Shown: piece after piece, positions 41,159 to 53,591 of the stretch
Position numbering within the stretch: the stretch's first letter is position 1
How the letters are laid out: each line of letters opens with the position of its first letter
NCBI GenBank assembly: GCA_951406725.2
Contig: OX597816.1
Coordinates: forward strand, 16,802,001-16,866,000
Source of the DNA: Octopus vulgaris
Taxonomy: Eukaryota
DNA: 64,000 nucleotides
Direction of reading: 5' to 3'
Made by a program: the position numbers and the translations under genes
The notes under the pieces: generated by a model
Seen by the model: the letters and a program-made list of their open reading frames with translations, nothing else
Database searches by the model: none
What the model was told of the DNA's origin: nothing

Positions 41159-43085
41159 TTAAATAAGAGTTAAAAATTACTTTGCCTTACCCAAAATTGC
41201 TTAGAATTCAACAATGTATAATTCATTGATAATGACGCTAAGTATTAAAGTTATTAGAAAATACTGTTTATTTATTAATAACACTGGAGTAATGCAAAAC
41301 TTAAGACTGGATCTTTGTAAATGTCTGTACCACATTTTTGACTCCAATTCTGTTCATTTCTCTCAAAATTCTCACACAACTGTAGTGAAAACATTCTATG
41401 AGAAAAACAATTTTTTAAATGCCAGTACCAGAAAAAAACTATTGCAAGGGATAGGTGTCAACCATTAGGAAATGCTTTTAACTTAATTTAACATTTTATT
41501 TTCCACCGTATTTAACATGATTATTTATCCTTTTGAAGTTTACATGTTTGTCAATACCATACCAGAGTGTCAATTAAGGAATAAAAATTAACAATCATTA
41601 AAATACAAATTTTACAACTGCTAAATTTACAAACTTACTAAGATAAATATTTCTCAATCCTCAGAGGATGATTATTTTTTTTATCAAAGCTCAATTACTC
41701 AGTTTTGTTACTCATTAGGAAATTTTAATAGGTATCCAGTTGTTTATATTTTTTTGAACTTCAGTGAAAATTTCACAAATACTATACTGTTCGATTTCTC
41801 TTTGGCTTCACATGTACAGATATATCGTAAGCTACTTTTCTCATCGTTACAATGTAATATAACATTTTGACCAGCATTTCAGCAATAATGAAACCTAATG
41901 TTCTGCTTGTCATTCTCAGCACCACCTAAAGCATAGCTGTTATCCATAAGTTCATAAGTAACAACGTTCCTTCTTTCTCTCTGCTTGAAACTTCTATAAA
42001 ATACTGAAGCATGCATATGTATGTTCCAGCTAATCAAGACAAGAAACAATCTAATTGCTGTCCAAATATCCTCCAAGCAAATTCTGTGTTGGATATGATA
42101 ATCACATCTCTTCTTACAATGGTTTGAATCTACAATCCACTTCAAAGGTCACAAATAATTCACCTGCTGAAATATACAGTAATGATAAACAGCAGAAATC
42201 TTTTAATTTGAATAAATTTAGTAAAGATGACTTGAGATATCATACGAACAGTTACTCAAATCGTGTATAAAGGCTGTGAACTGATTCCCTCCTCTTTTTT
42301 CTTAATATCAGTGATTTCTTGTCACACAGCCATAACTATATACATTCTTACTTTGATTACACTTATATCCTTCACCTGTCTCGCAGAGTGTAACTTTAAC
42401 AGCTCTTAGCTACCCTAATTACATTTTATTGATATTCTACAATAGATTCCAAACAATGCCAAAACACACATATAAATTATCTCCACAAAAGATTAACACA
42501 CTGATTAAGCATTTCAAAGTTTGAAACAGTAGAGTTTATCAAAGAAAAATGTGTGTATATATATCTATATATATTGAATAGTTTTCATAAAGATGGTGTA
42601 AATTTATACAAAGACAATCTTATTGTATGCTATGCTGAATTTTTATAAATTTAATTTAAGTCAGACATGAATGTAAAAGTACTTGCCAACCTTCTTAAAA
42701 ATTTTTTTCTTCATAATCTCTTTTATCGATTTTATATTTTGATACTCAGAAATGTTAGAATTTAATACATTTTTTGTTTCATTTAAACAATGCAATAACA
42801 TGACAGAATTTTAGGGATAATCAACCTTCTCATAGTTTAATCTTCATAATTATACACCAACATACAAAAAAATTCAAAATTTTAGGCTGCAACCTTATTT
42901 ATGAAACAAATTAACCATCACTAGCCACAAAAAAAAAAAGAGATAAATTTTCTTTGTAATTTACAATCAAATTATTTTTGATAATTCTGAAATGCCTAAA
43001 AGTGGTATATTGGATGGAATTTTTGAACCTTCAAAATCTCACCCTAAAACCAAGATTGTTTTAAATACTAAATATTATCTTTTAA

Positions 43086-43460
43086 TTCTTTTACTTGTTT
43101 TAGTTATTAGATTGCGATCATGCTGGAACACCACTTTGAGGAATTTTAGTCAAACAAATTGACCCAATACTTATTCTATCAGTACTTATTCTATGTCTTT
43201 TTTGCTGAACTTCTATGTTATAGGGACATAATCACTCTTACACTGGTTGTCAATCAGTGGTTGGTGACAAACACAAATGCACATACATACATACGACACA
43301 CAGACACATGCACGCACACACACATGTAACAGGCTTCTTTCAGTTTCTGTCTATCAAGTCTATTCATAAAGCTTTCGTCAGCCCAAGGATATACCAGAAA
43401 ACTCTTGCCCAAGGTTTATGGGAAGCAAATTTCTTACCACACATCCATACCAGAGCCTAA
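43086..43460 (-). mobile_element. SINE family A, decayed
   Basis: Homology to other A copies. Confidence 0.75.
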
Positions 43461-43795
43461 ATCTTAACAACTTATGGTCACTTGAAGCTAGAAAGCCAGA
43501 GTTTACAAACTGAAGAGAATATCAACACAATATTACACTATACTGTAAATAAATAATTTGATTCAAAAGTTATGCTTGACACCATGTTAATTCCTGTAAA
43601 ATAATGTATGCTTAAGCAATTAAGTTAGTGCTTGTGTTACACCAGCCAGACACATTTGATGCATATTTATGGTAGGTAATTGACAGTCTTTTGCCATTAT
43701 TTGAATTTAGTTGGCTTAAATTTAAAACCAAGACTGTATTGCATTTTAAGTGAGCTTAAAATAAGCATTTTACTGCTCATTAAGATAATTGTTAA

Positions 43796-43971
43796 TCCTT
43801 TTAATACCAACCTACCTGATATTGCACCTAATCTAAATTAAACCTTTCCATCAAAATTTCATTAATTTAGTTTTTAAACACCAGCTTAATGACATTTTAC
43901 TAAAGTCATTATTTTTTAGATTAAGTGAAAGAAAAGTAGTGTATTTCAATAGAAATATTGTAAGAAAAGGG
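43796..43971. mobile_element. Diverged piggyBac-type MITE
   Basis: TTAA...AAAAGGG-TTAA ends and internal similarity to the family. Confidence 0.65.
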
Positions 43972-44154
43972 TTAAAAGACTTTTGAGTCTGTAACTCTTC
44001 AGCAGTAAGAGCCAGACATCAATGCCTCAATGACTACTGGAATATCATCCTTTTCACCAAGTAGAAACCCTTATAACTATCATAACTTTTATGATAGGTT
44101 ACAACTGTTGGTTTTGCTCAATATATATCAAAACATGCTGAAAACATGCTTCCT

Positions 44155-44505
44155 TCATCATCATCATCATCATCATACGTCTGTTCTTCATGCTAGCATG
44201 GGTTGGACGGTTCGACCGGGGATCTGGGAAGCCAGAAGGCTGCACCAGGCTCCGGTCTTATCTGGCAATGTTTCTACAGCTGGATGCCCTTCCTAATGCC
44301 AACCACTCCGTGAGTGTAGTGGGTGCCTTTTACGTGCCACCTGCACTGGTGCCAGGCAAGGCTGGCATCGGCCACGGTCGGATTGGTGCATTTTACGTGC
44401 CACTGGCACGGAAGCCAGTCAAGGCGGCACTGGCTTCGGCCACGATTCGGATAGTGCTTTTTACATGCCACCGACACGGAAGCCAGTCGAGGCGGCGCTA
44501 GCATC
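44155..44505 (-). mobile_element. Family C copy with internal tandem subrepeats
   Basis: (CAT)n tail; repeated ttttacgtgccac...ggccacg.tcggat units. Confidence 0.85.
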
Positions 44506-45609
44506 GGGGCGGCGCCTGAAAAATCCCATACATTGAACCAAAAGTAACACTTGAAACTTAATCTAGTAAAACAGCGCCAGGTAGTCTGAAACAGTAAGTA
44601 CAACTAGATATCTACATATTTTAATAAAAATTTTGGATTCGTTTTGTACACTCACTGACTCATATACTGATACATATGTTACATTATTATGGCTCTATAT
44701 TGTGAATTTTATAGTTAAGACGAAGAAATTTCAGTCTCTAGTGATTCTGTCAAAATATAATTGATGCAACTTTTCCAAAATTTAATTGATAATATCATAT
44801 TAACAACTTCTCTCCATTGATGTTCATGGCAGTTAATAATAGAATTTATGAAGTAAAAATATTTAAAAAAATAATTCCTTCACATTTATCTTTACATTTA
44901 GAAAAGAGAAAGTATATAATTAAATAATTTAAAATTATATAAAGAAATTAATTTTGGTATATTCTAAACTATTACACAGTCAAGTTCTAAACAATAACAA
45001 GTGTGAAAATTGCAGATACAGAAACTGAAAGGGAAGTTGGATAACTACCTGGAAAATTGGCAATTTTCACTCTGATACTTGTTGCCTACCCTCAATCCAG
45101 TATTCTCAGTGGTACCTACCACCTAGTAGAAATATTATTCACAGATTCAAACAGAGGTAGTGTTACAAAATTAATAACTGTCGTAGTGGTTGGCAGGGCC
45201 AGATACAGTTCTACTGTCAGTATTGATCCATTCTCATGGATATCATGTTGAAAACTGAGCTAAAATTTACTAGACAAAACTATAGTTCATCAAAGGCATA
45301 CACACACACACACATCAATTTTTTGTGATACCTTATTTCCTTCCTTCTCTTCTGCTCTACTGAAATGATATTCTCTGCATCCAGCTCATTCCATATCTCT
45401 AATTATTTTTCACACTTTCTCATTACCTATCCATCCACTGTATCTATGTCCTGGTCTTTCTTTCATATTCACTTGGTTCCTTGACCACGTTCTCCTCCCC
45501 ACCTCTCTCTCTCTCCCTTTCCAACTAGGCAAGCCATGTATTCAACTCTTCAACAAGATACCTGCTCCTGCCCTTCTATTATACTTTCTTATGCTCCCCA
45601 AGTTGAAGG

Positions 45610-45810
45610 GACCTGTCTTGTTGACCTCATCAATGTAGGTGCCATGAAGAAAGCACCCAGTACACTCTGTGAAGTGGTTGGCATCAATAAGGGCATCCAG
45701 CTCTCAAAAACATACTAAAGCAGACATTACAATTCAGTGCAGCCTTTTGGCTCATGCTTGATCCATGTCAGCATGGAAAAGATGTCAATTGATGACGATG
45801 ATAATGATGA
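45610..45810 (+). mobile_element. Family C copy, decayed
   Basis: gtggttggcatcaataagggcatccagct...agcatggaaaa...gatga tail. Confidence 0.7.
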
Positions 45811-45821
45811 TATATATACAA

Positions 45822-45870
<49 letters not shown>

Positions 45871-45929
45871 TATAAATATATAGAAGTATACATACATATA
45901 TATATGCATACATTCATATATATGTACAT

Positions 45930-46585
45930 CAGGGATATGCCACCTTATTTCTTTATTGCCCACAAGGGGCTAAACATAGAGGGTCAAACAAGGACGGACA
46001 AAGGGATTAATTCGATTACATTGACCCCAGTGTGTAACTGGTACTTAATTTATCGACCCCGAAAGGATGAAAGGCAAAGTTGACCTCAGCGGAATTTGAA
46101 CTCAGAACGTAACGGCAGATGAAATGCCGCTTAGCATTTTGCCCAGCGTGCTAACATTTCTGCCAGCTCGCCACCTTCAAGGATGTGCTACCTGGGTAGG
46201 CAAGGTTGGCAGTGCCTACCCTGAATAAAATAGATCGATAGTAACATTTTCCTTTTATGGTAAAATATGCACCTAATTCAATAAGGTTATGAAAGTTACT
46301 CTGATTACTAGGCACGAAATGCAAGATATTTTATTGTTTTGTAGATTAGGTAGGCATAATTTGCCCCTGCCGTTCAATCTCAGTATTAATGCTATGCATA
46401 GTAATGCTGTAGTACACATGCTGCATACATTCCTACAACAATGTTTTCTTTATGCGCTATAAATGCAGAAGTAAATTTACCTACAACTCAGTCGTATGCC
46501 TGTGTTTTGCTTATTTTTTTGTGTGTTTTACTACATAAACATCACAAACTGCCTACCCTAGGTAATTACTGATGGCACGTGCCTG
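45930..46585. mobile_element. hAT-type MITE with nested SINE
   Basis: 8-bp TSD ATGTACAT at 45922-45929 and 46586-46593; imperfect TIRs CAGGGATATGCCA / TGGCACGTGCCTG; subterminal tgcctaccc motifs. Confidence 0.8.
45946..46177 (-). mobile_element. SINE family B inside the hAT MITE
   Basis: Full unit; imperfect TSD cagggatatgccacct / caaggatgtgctacct duplicates the MITE's left end. Confidence 0.88.
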
Positions 46586-46999
46586 ATGTACATGTATATA
46601 TGCTTACTATATAAATACAAGTGTATGTGGTTATATATGTGTGTGTAGCCCATAAAGAATCTGAAACAGTGCATCCTTGAGAAATACAAATTTGATTTTC
46701 GAAATCTGCTTCCCATGGAGAAGGTTGTCCATAAATACTAATAAAAAACATAATTTTCTATGAGAAATAACAATTTTTAGACTGACAACTCTCCAACTCT
46801 CTATCTTTCACCAACAATGTATCTCTCTCTATATATTTACCATACTTTTTAACATCACTCTCTTTGTATATCTGTTAACTCTCATGCATTGTTTTCATTT
46901 TGTTCAAAAATTCATCTGATATTTACTTATATTTTATGACATCTATTATGCATAAATCCTGTTTTCTGATTGGAGAAAAATGACGAAACTTTAAACATC

Positions 47000-47361
47000 T
47001 TTTATTCTTTTACTTGCTTCAGTCATGTGACTGCTGCCATGCTAAAGCACTGCTTTAAAGGGTTTTTAGCTGATGAAAATTGACTCCAGCGCTTATTCTT
47101 TGTAAGCCTGGTACTTATTCTATCGGTCTCTTTTGCCAAACTGCTAAGTTACAGGGATGCAAATAGAAACATATAAACATATACATATATGTGCATCTGT
47201 GTGTGACAGGCTTCCTTCCATTGACCAAATCCACTCACAAGGTTTTGGTTGGCCCAAGCCTATAGTAGAAGACACTTGCCAAAGGTACCACACAGTGGAA
47301 ATGAACCCAGAATCATGTGGTTGGGAAGCAAGCTTCTTACCATACAGCCATGCTAGTGCCT
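47000..47361 (-). mobile_element. SINE family A
   Basis: Homology to other A copies. Confidence 0.82.
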
Positions 47362-47369
47362 GTAAAAAT

Positions 47370-48290
47370 TTCCTTAAATTTTTCTGGAATTAATGATGTA
47401 GAAGCTGGGATTCAGCATGTAAAAGTACATAAATATACCAAATTTGAAAACTTTTATTTAATTTTCAAATTTCAAAATCTGTGACAGCAACAGAAAAAAA
47501 TCTCTTACTCTCTCTCTGTCTCTCTCTCTCTCTGTTTGTCTTATGGTAAAATTTCTTCCTCTCTCTTTATTTTATCACACTTTCTCTCACCTTCTGTAAA
47601 AGTATATCACTCATGCTGAGTGTATGTCTGTGTTTGTTAGAGTGTGTGTATTCATGTGTGTGTAAGGAATTTCACTAGGGCAACAGACTGCTTGATGCAG
47701 GGAAGTGAGAGATTAAAAATTTAAATTACATTTTTTGTTATTGTTGTTGTTGCTTACATACCAGGCAATGGACCACAGCATTATCATTCCAGAAAATGTG
47801 TTGATGGGAATAAAAATAAAGGAAAACATCAATATTTGTCTGAGGGACAAAGAAATAAGTAAGGTAGCAGGTGGTCATGACTTATGCTAGAAATAACAGC
47901 TAAATATCCCTTAAATCACATACCTTTTTGCTTGAAAATTATTTTGAAATTATAAACAGAAACAAATCGTGGACTTGGATTGTCTATATTTTTAAAATAT
48001 GATAAAATATTTTGGAAAAAAAGTCAAAATTTTAGGATTTATGGAGGGGCAGGGTTAATGAAAAAATTGAAAAAGGTTTCACTATTCAGTTCTATATACT
48101 AAAACAAAACTGGGCAAAATTGGTCCAGAAATGGGGAGGGGGGATTCATAAAATGTTCCCCCTTCCATCATTTTCAAGGGTGTAGTGGGAAAAAATGGAG
48201 AAAATCCAACATGTGGGTGTGCTATTCCCAAAATCTGCCAAGGTATTCTATTGAGAAATTTACCCAGCAAGGGCAGGATACTCAGCTAGT
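47370..48290 (+). mobile_element. Possible decayed non-autonomous Helitron
   Basis: 3' end cccagcaagggcagg...gCTAGt resembles the terminus of 60043-60426; 5' end not defined. Confidence 0.35.
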
Positions 48291-48310
48291 ATATAAATAT
48301 ATTTATATAT

Positions 48311-48635
48311 ATCATCAACAACATCATTCAAAATCCATCTTCCATGGGTCGGATGGTTTGACAGGAGCCTGCCAGGTAGAAGACAACACACCAAGCTACT
48401 GTGTCTGTTTTGGCATGGGTTTTATGGCTGGACGCCCTTCCTAACACCAACCACCCTGCAGGATGGACTAAGTGCTTTTTACATGGCTCCAGCACAAAAG
48501 AGGTCTGTTTTGGCATGGTTTTTAGAGCTGGATGCCCTTCTCAATGCCAACCACTTCACCGTGTAGACTTGATGCTTTTTAAATGGTACTGGCCATGTCA
48601 CCACCACTGGCAGGGTTACCAAGTAACTTGCAAGA
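48311..48635 (-). mobile_element. Family C-related old repeat with duplicated core
   Basis: Two ttttggcatgg.tttta..gctgga.gcccttc...ccaaccac units. Confidence 0.7.
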
Positions 48636-49019
48636 CAACGAATTTTACATACACGCATACACACATATACTCATACACACAGATACATATGTATGTATAC
48701 AGTAATATCAATTATTTCCAGACATAAAAGAAAAAGAAAAGAAGAAACAATTCCAATATATCTGATTGGTAAAAGGATATGGTACGAATAATATAATAGA
48801 TTATTTGACTCAAAACTGATCAAAAAGGTACATACTTAACAAAATAAAGTTGAGATGACTTCTTCTCTGTATAGGAATAAGAATATATCTCTCAGTCTAT
48901 GAGGAATTCTGAATAATAATATAATTCTTCAGTTTAAAAAGATAATGAGTCCTATTCTAAATTCTTATGTTGACTATAATGCTTTGTAAGTATTGGAAAT
49001 AAAATTTTGAAACAAAATA

Positions 49020-49165
49020 TCCTTTTCTACTCTAGACACAAGACCCAAAATTTTTGCGACCCTAGTATGCAACTGGTACTTAATTTATCAACCCCAAAAG
49101 GATGAATGGCAAAGTCAACCTTGGCAGAATTTGAACTCAGAATGTAAAGACAGATGAAATACCAC
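49020..49165 (-). mobile_element. SINE family B fragment with alternative tail
   Basis: ccttttctactctag tail joined to the B core. Confidence 0.75.
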
Positions 49166-50335
49166 TAACAAAATATCACTACGGATATCTAGTCCACATC
49201 TTTTTTGTGAAATTTTGGCTTACATTCTTATAGGTTTAAGGTACACTCTCGATACAGTTTAGCAGGGAAAATAGATAGGTATTATTGTTTTGAAGTCATC
49301 ATCGTCATCATTGTTGATTAAACATCCCTATTTTTCCCAAGTTTGCATGAGTCAGATTGAATAATGATGTTTTTAAAGTAAAGACATCTCAACATCTTCC
49401 ATGAGCAGGATTGAATTTTTTTTTAAATAATTTTTTTTCTCTCCAAGGATGAAAAATTGAAAGTTGAAAATGACAGAAACTCAAAATAATCTTCATATAT
49501 AGAAAACGATATTCATGATCAATATTAGCTGAAAAGGAAGTATCTCCTAATATAATAATGAACATAGTGCTTTTATATATTTGTGTGTGTATATATATAT
49601 ATAGATATATTTGTCTAAAATCATGCAGCCAGAGTAAATGGTGAAGGGAGAGGAGAGAAAATAGTGATTCAGTGAAGGAGAAGTAGTGAGAGTAATAACC
49701 ATCACTGAGAGAGAGTGAGAGAAAGCAAGAGCAATGAGAGAGAGGAAGTGGCAAAGAGAACATCGTGTATCTTCTACAATAATAATCTACTATAATAATA
49801 CACTTGTGTATTTCTCTGACACAACATATGAATGAGAAAGGAAGGGGAGATTCACTGATGGAAGTAGAATGGTGAAACATAAATCAAACAGTGCTTCAAC
49901 TCTGTGTGAGTATATGTCTCTGAGTGTAAAAGGGAGGAATGTAAATGTTTATATATTTGAGTGAGTGTACATGTGTTTATGTATGTCTATTTAGAAAGAT
50001 ACATAGAAAATAGAATTACAGACACATGCACTTTTACACATACATATAAAATATAAACAGACATACTTAAAAAGGAAATGGACTGTGACAAAATATAGAA
50101 AACTGCGTTCACTACAGACTGTACTACTCATACACATAAATGTATACATATGTACACACACATGCATACACACACACAGTTGAAGCACTGTTATTTTTTT
50201 CACCTTTTTGAACACATTTTATATATAAAATATTACAATTAGACATCGTTTTTGACGGCACAGGGTAAGCTGGTATATAATAATGTCATAGTATATTTAC
50301 TATATGCAATCAATAATATTACTTAACACACATAC

Positions 50336-50377
<42 letters not shown>

Positions 50378-50460
50378 GCATACACACATAAATATAATAT
50401 AATATATTATATTATATTATATTATAATATAATATAATATAATATAATATATATATATAT

Positions 50461-51160
50461 CATCATCATCATCATCATCATCATTTAGCGTCCGTTTTCC
50501 ATGCTAGCATGGGTTGGACAGTTCAACTGGGGTCTGGGGAGCCCGAAGGCTGCACCAGGCCAGTCAGATCTGGCAGTGTTTCTACAGCTGGATGCCCTTC
50601 CTAACGCCAACCACTCCGAGAGTGTAGTGGGTGATTTTATGTGCCACCGACACAGGTGCCAGACGAGGCTGGCGAACGGCCACGCTCGGATGGTGTTTTT
50701 ATGTGCCACCGACACAGGTGCCAGACGAGGCTGGCAGACGGCCACGCTCGGATGGTGTTTTTATGTGCCACCGACACAGGTGCCAGATGAGGCTGGCGGA
50801 CGGCCACGATCGGATGGTGTTTGTTAAAACATGTTCTTTGTCTATCTCATTATCCTCTTGGAGATTTTATGTAAAAAGTATACTAACGCCTCCTTCTAAT
50901 TTAATGAAATTCTATGTCTTTGTGCAGCTGAAGATTGCCCTAGATTTTAAATAGATGTAATGATATGATTTGATTTTCACTTGCCTCAACAGGTCTTCAC
51001 AAGTGTCACAAGAAGGAAGGTATGCACAGGTGGACTGACTACGTCCCAGGTAGGGGCCACGGGTTATGGCCTGACTAGTCTTGCCGGGTCTTCGGATGGT
51101 GTTTTTATGTGCCACCGACACAGGTGCCAGATGAGGCTGGCGAACGGCCACGATCGGATA
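50461..51160 (-). mobile_element. Family C copy with ~59-bp tandem units and an embedded foreign segment
   Basis: Three tandem ttttatgtgccaccgacacaggtgccaga...cggatggtg units at ~50635-50820 and a fourth at ~51093-51160. Confidence 0.85.
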
Positions 51161-51245
51161 TAGATAGATAGATTCAGATGAATATACACAGCTGTCTCCA
51201 GGATATTTATGAATTATACATACAATTTCAAAACAAGGTGATTAA

Positions 51246-51631
51246 AATCAAAATAAGTAACAAGGATATCTAGAGGTAATGCAGTACGATCGTTTCATGT
51301 GACTCCATTTAATTGAAGAATGCAATCATTTCATTACATCAATTTAAAATGTAGAGCAATCTTCAGCTTCACAAAGACATAGAATTTAACACCTATGATG
51401 TTGTTGATAAAACATGTTCTTTGTCTATCTCATTATCCTCTTGGAGATTTTATGTAAAAAGTATACTAACGCCTCCTTCTAATTTAATGAAATTCTATGT
51501 CTTTGTGCAGCTGAAGATTGCCCTAGATTTTAAATTGATGTAATGATATGATTTCATTGTTCAATTAAATGGAATTACATGAAACGATCGCACTGCATTA
51601 CCTCTGGATATCCTTGTTGCTTATTTTGATT
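51246..51631. mobile_element. Penelope-like non-coding insertion with ~142-bp inverted arms, each carrying a hammerhead-like fold
   Basis: 51246-51387 is the approximate reverse complement of 51490-51631. Confidence 0.65.
51505..51598 (+). ncRNA. Type I hammerhead-like motif with long stem II
   Basis: GUGCAG CUGAAGA [63 nt imperfect hairpin] GAAA CGAUCG CA CUGCAU. The inverted copy in the left arm has the canonical UA at the cleavage site. Confidence 0.6.
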
Positions 51632-51646
51632 ATATATATATATATA

Positions 51647-51696
51647 TACAGCTGTTTCCAGGATATTTATTAATCATATCCCTTCATCAGAGACGG
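51647..51696 (-). ncRNA. Hammerhead motif truncated at its predicted cleavage site
   Basis: Minus: CCGUCU CUGAUGA A GGGAUAU-loop-AUAUCCU G GAAA CAGCUG UA, then (TA)n. Palindromic ACAGCUGU; the 3' strand of stem I is absent. Confidence 0.65.
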
Positions 51697-52589
51697 TGTG
51701 AGAGGATGGTTAAGTAATAATTACTTTAGATAGGATACAAAATAGAGAGTGAGGTACCTGTATGTATATGTATGTATATTGAGTGTTACTGAAGCAGAAC
51801 ATCTTGAAAAAGTGTTGATCTGAGCTTCATGCAATAAGTCATCATACAGGAAACTGTAAATAACACTTTGCAGTGTTTTCAGGTTCAACTAAACACTATA
51901 TATTTCGCTCTTCTTTTGGTAATCATTTGTTTTGTACATATGTATTCATGTGTTTATATGTGCACACATATATTCACGTGTGTCTATGTGTGTACACATG
52001 CACATGCACACACACACATACATTTGTCTATCTATGTATGTATGTGTGTCTGTGGAATTACCAAAAGTACTGGAAGAAAATTAGAGATGAGATCAGAATA
52101 ATGAGACAAAGAAAGAAAGTGTGAAGTAGGGAAACAGAAATGATAAAAGATGGCAAGATTGATGAAGTAGCAGAGAAAAAGAGGATAGTTTTCCAAAATG
52201 TGAAAAACCATTATTTTGTGACACTGACAATCAGTATTGAACTTATCAGTAGAATGTAGCAACAATGATCTTAGAGTCTTTTAGTGTCGAAAAAGAACAA
52301 AAAAAACCAGCTGGTTCCACAGTTCCCCAACTGTCAAATAGCCTCCACCACGATCTCTCCTCTGTGCTCACAAATGCTTTACACTGGAGAATATCTTACA
52401 TCTCTATCAGGCCACCATTCAACTTTGTAATGAAAGATGCTGTCATCTTTCAACTGGTGTCTCCTCTTTGTATCTTAATTACTTGATCAAATTCAGTATC
52501 CAGTTCTTAACATGGTGGGTTGCTTCTTTCTACTAGCTTGGGGTCCTTGGTTCACATTTTTGAAAAAAAAAAAGAAATATCTATCTTTG

Positions 52590-53290
52590 TCTTTTCTATG
52601 AGCATGTTCATGCCATGGGTCAGACAAACTTCCTGGCATAGTACCCTCATTCAAGATCTTCTGTACCTTCTTTTACAAACCTTGTTTATGACAAAATCAT
52701 ATGAATTAAAAGCTATTAAGACACACGAAAACCTTAACACAGTAGTGGTTGGTTACACAAAATACTCCCAATATATGAACTCTGTGTTTTTACAAAGGAC
52801 TCTTTATTTCACTCACAACTTCCTCCACTTTTCACTGAAGGCAGACACATACAATATACAATGGCATTGATGAAACCAGTTTTAACAAACACCATATCTG
52901 TGACAGTGGGATGAAAATAATTTTTGAACATCAAGCGTGGATAGTTCAAGTTATTCACCACTGCCATTTCAAAAATATCCTTGGGATCCAGATCAAATAT
53001 GTTACAGTCATCTGGATAATGAGGGTGATTAGCACCATCTCCAACATCAATTTCTAAAATACTGATGTTACTTTACAGCTCATCAACATTTTCAGAAATT
53101 TCATTCTTCCTGACGTCAAGAGGCTGCAAGACGCTATCCAGTAGTTCATTAAGCTTGAATCTGTATCTGTAACCTGTCATGAATGTGGTTTACAACTTCA
53201 GGAATTATTTGATTGGTTAAAAAAAAACACTTACACTAAAAATTTAAATGATGATGATATAAGGATCAACACAGTGAATGGATTTGAAGG
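52590..53290 (-). pseudogene. Processed pseudogene of a METTL7/TMT1-like SAM-dependent methyltransferase
   Basis: From ATG 53180: ...ILEIDVGDGANHPHYPDDCNIFDLDPKDIFE...TDMVFVKTGFINAIVYCMCLPSV, then shifted EEVVSEIKSPL..FIYWEY. Matches LEIGxGxGAN..YP...DP..FE / EDM...DAVV...LCSV / EV.RVL.PGG...EH. In-frame stops, frameshift, no introns seen. Confidence 0.7.
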
Positions 53291-53591
53291 GATTTCAAAT
53301 TCTCTGGCATCATCTGAACATATATTTGGTATGTTTTCAGAAACTAAGCAATCCACAAAAGATGGTAACAAGTTGAGGATAGTTTTAACAACAAAGAAAA
53401 CTAAAATGACTGAATGAATATCAGTAGAAAAATTTGAAATGAATAATAAAATGTTAACAAACTAACCACAGTGGAATCAACTATGGATGAATGTACTGGA
53501 ATGCACTGATAGCAATTAAGGTGTCTGTTGTTTTTGTTATGAGAAAGATAAAGGATAGTCAATGAAATGCACACACACACACACACGCATA

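Noticed and set aside
41879-42170. Minus-strand ORF with an acceptor-like site, possible upstream exon of the host gene
   Set aside because: No recognisable protein and no in-frame donor before the stop; the donor near 41190 gives the wrong phase. It could still be UTR.
49389-49880. Longest ORF in the track (163 aa)
   Set aside because: Low-complexity antisense reading of GA-rich repeat sequence; not protein-like.
50635-50820. Regular ~59-bp repeats resembling a CRISPR array
   Set aside because: Head-to-tail tandem units without unique spacers, inside a eukaryotic retroposon; no cas genes.
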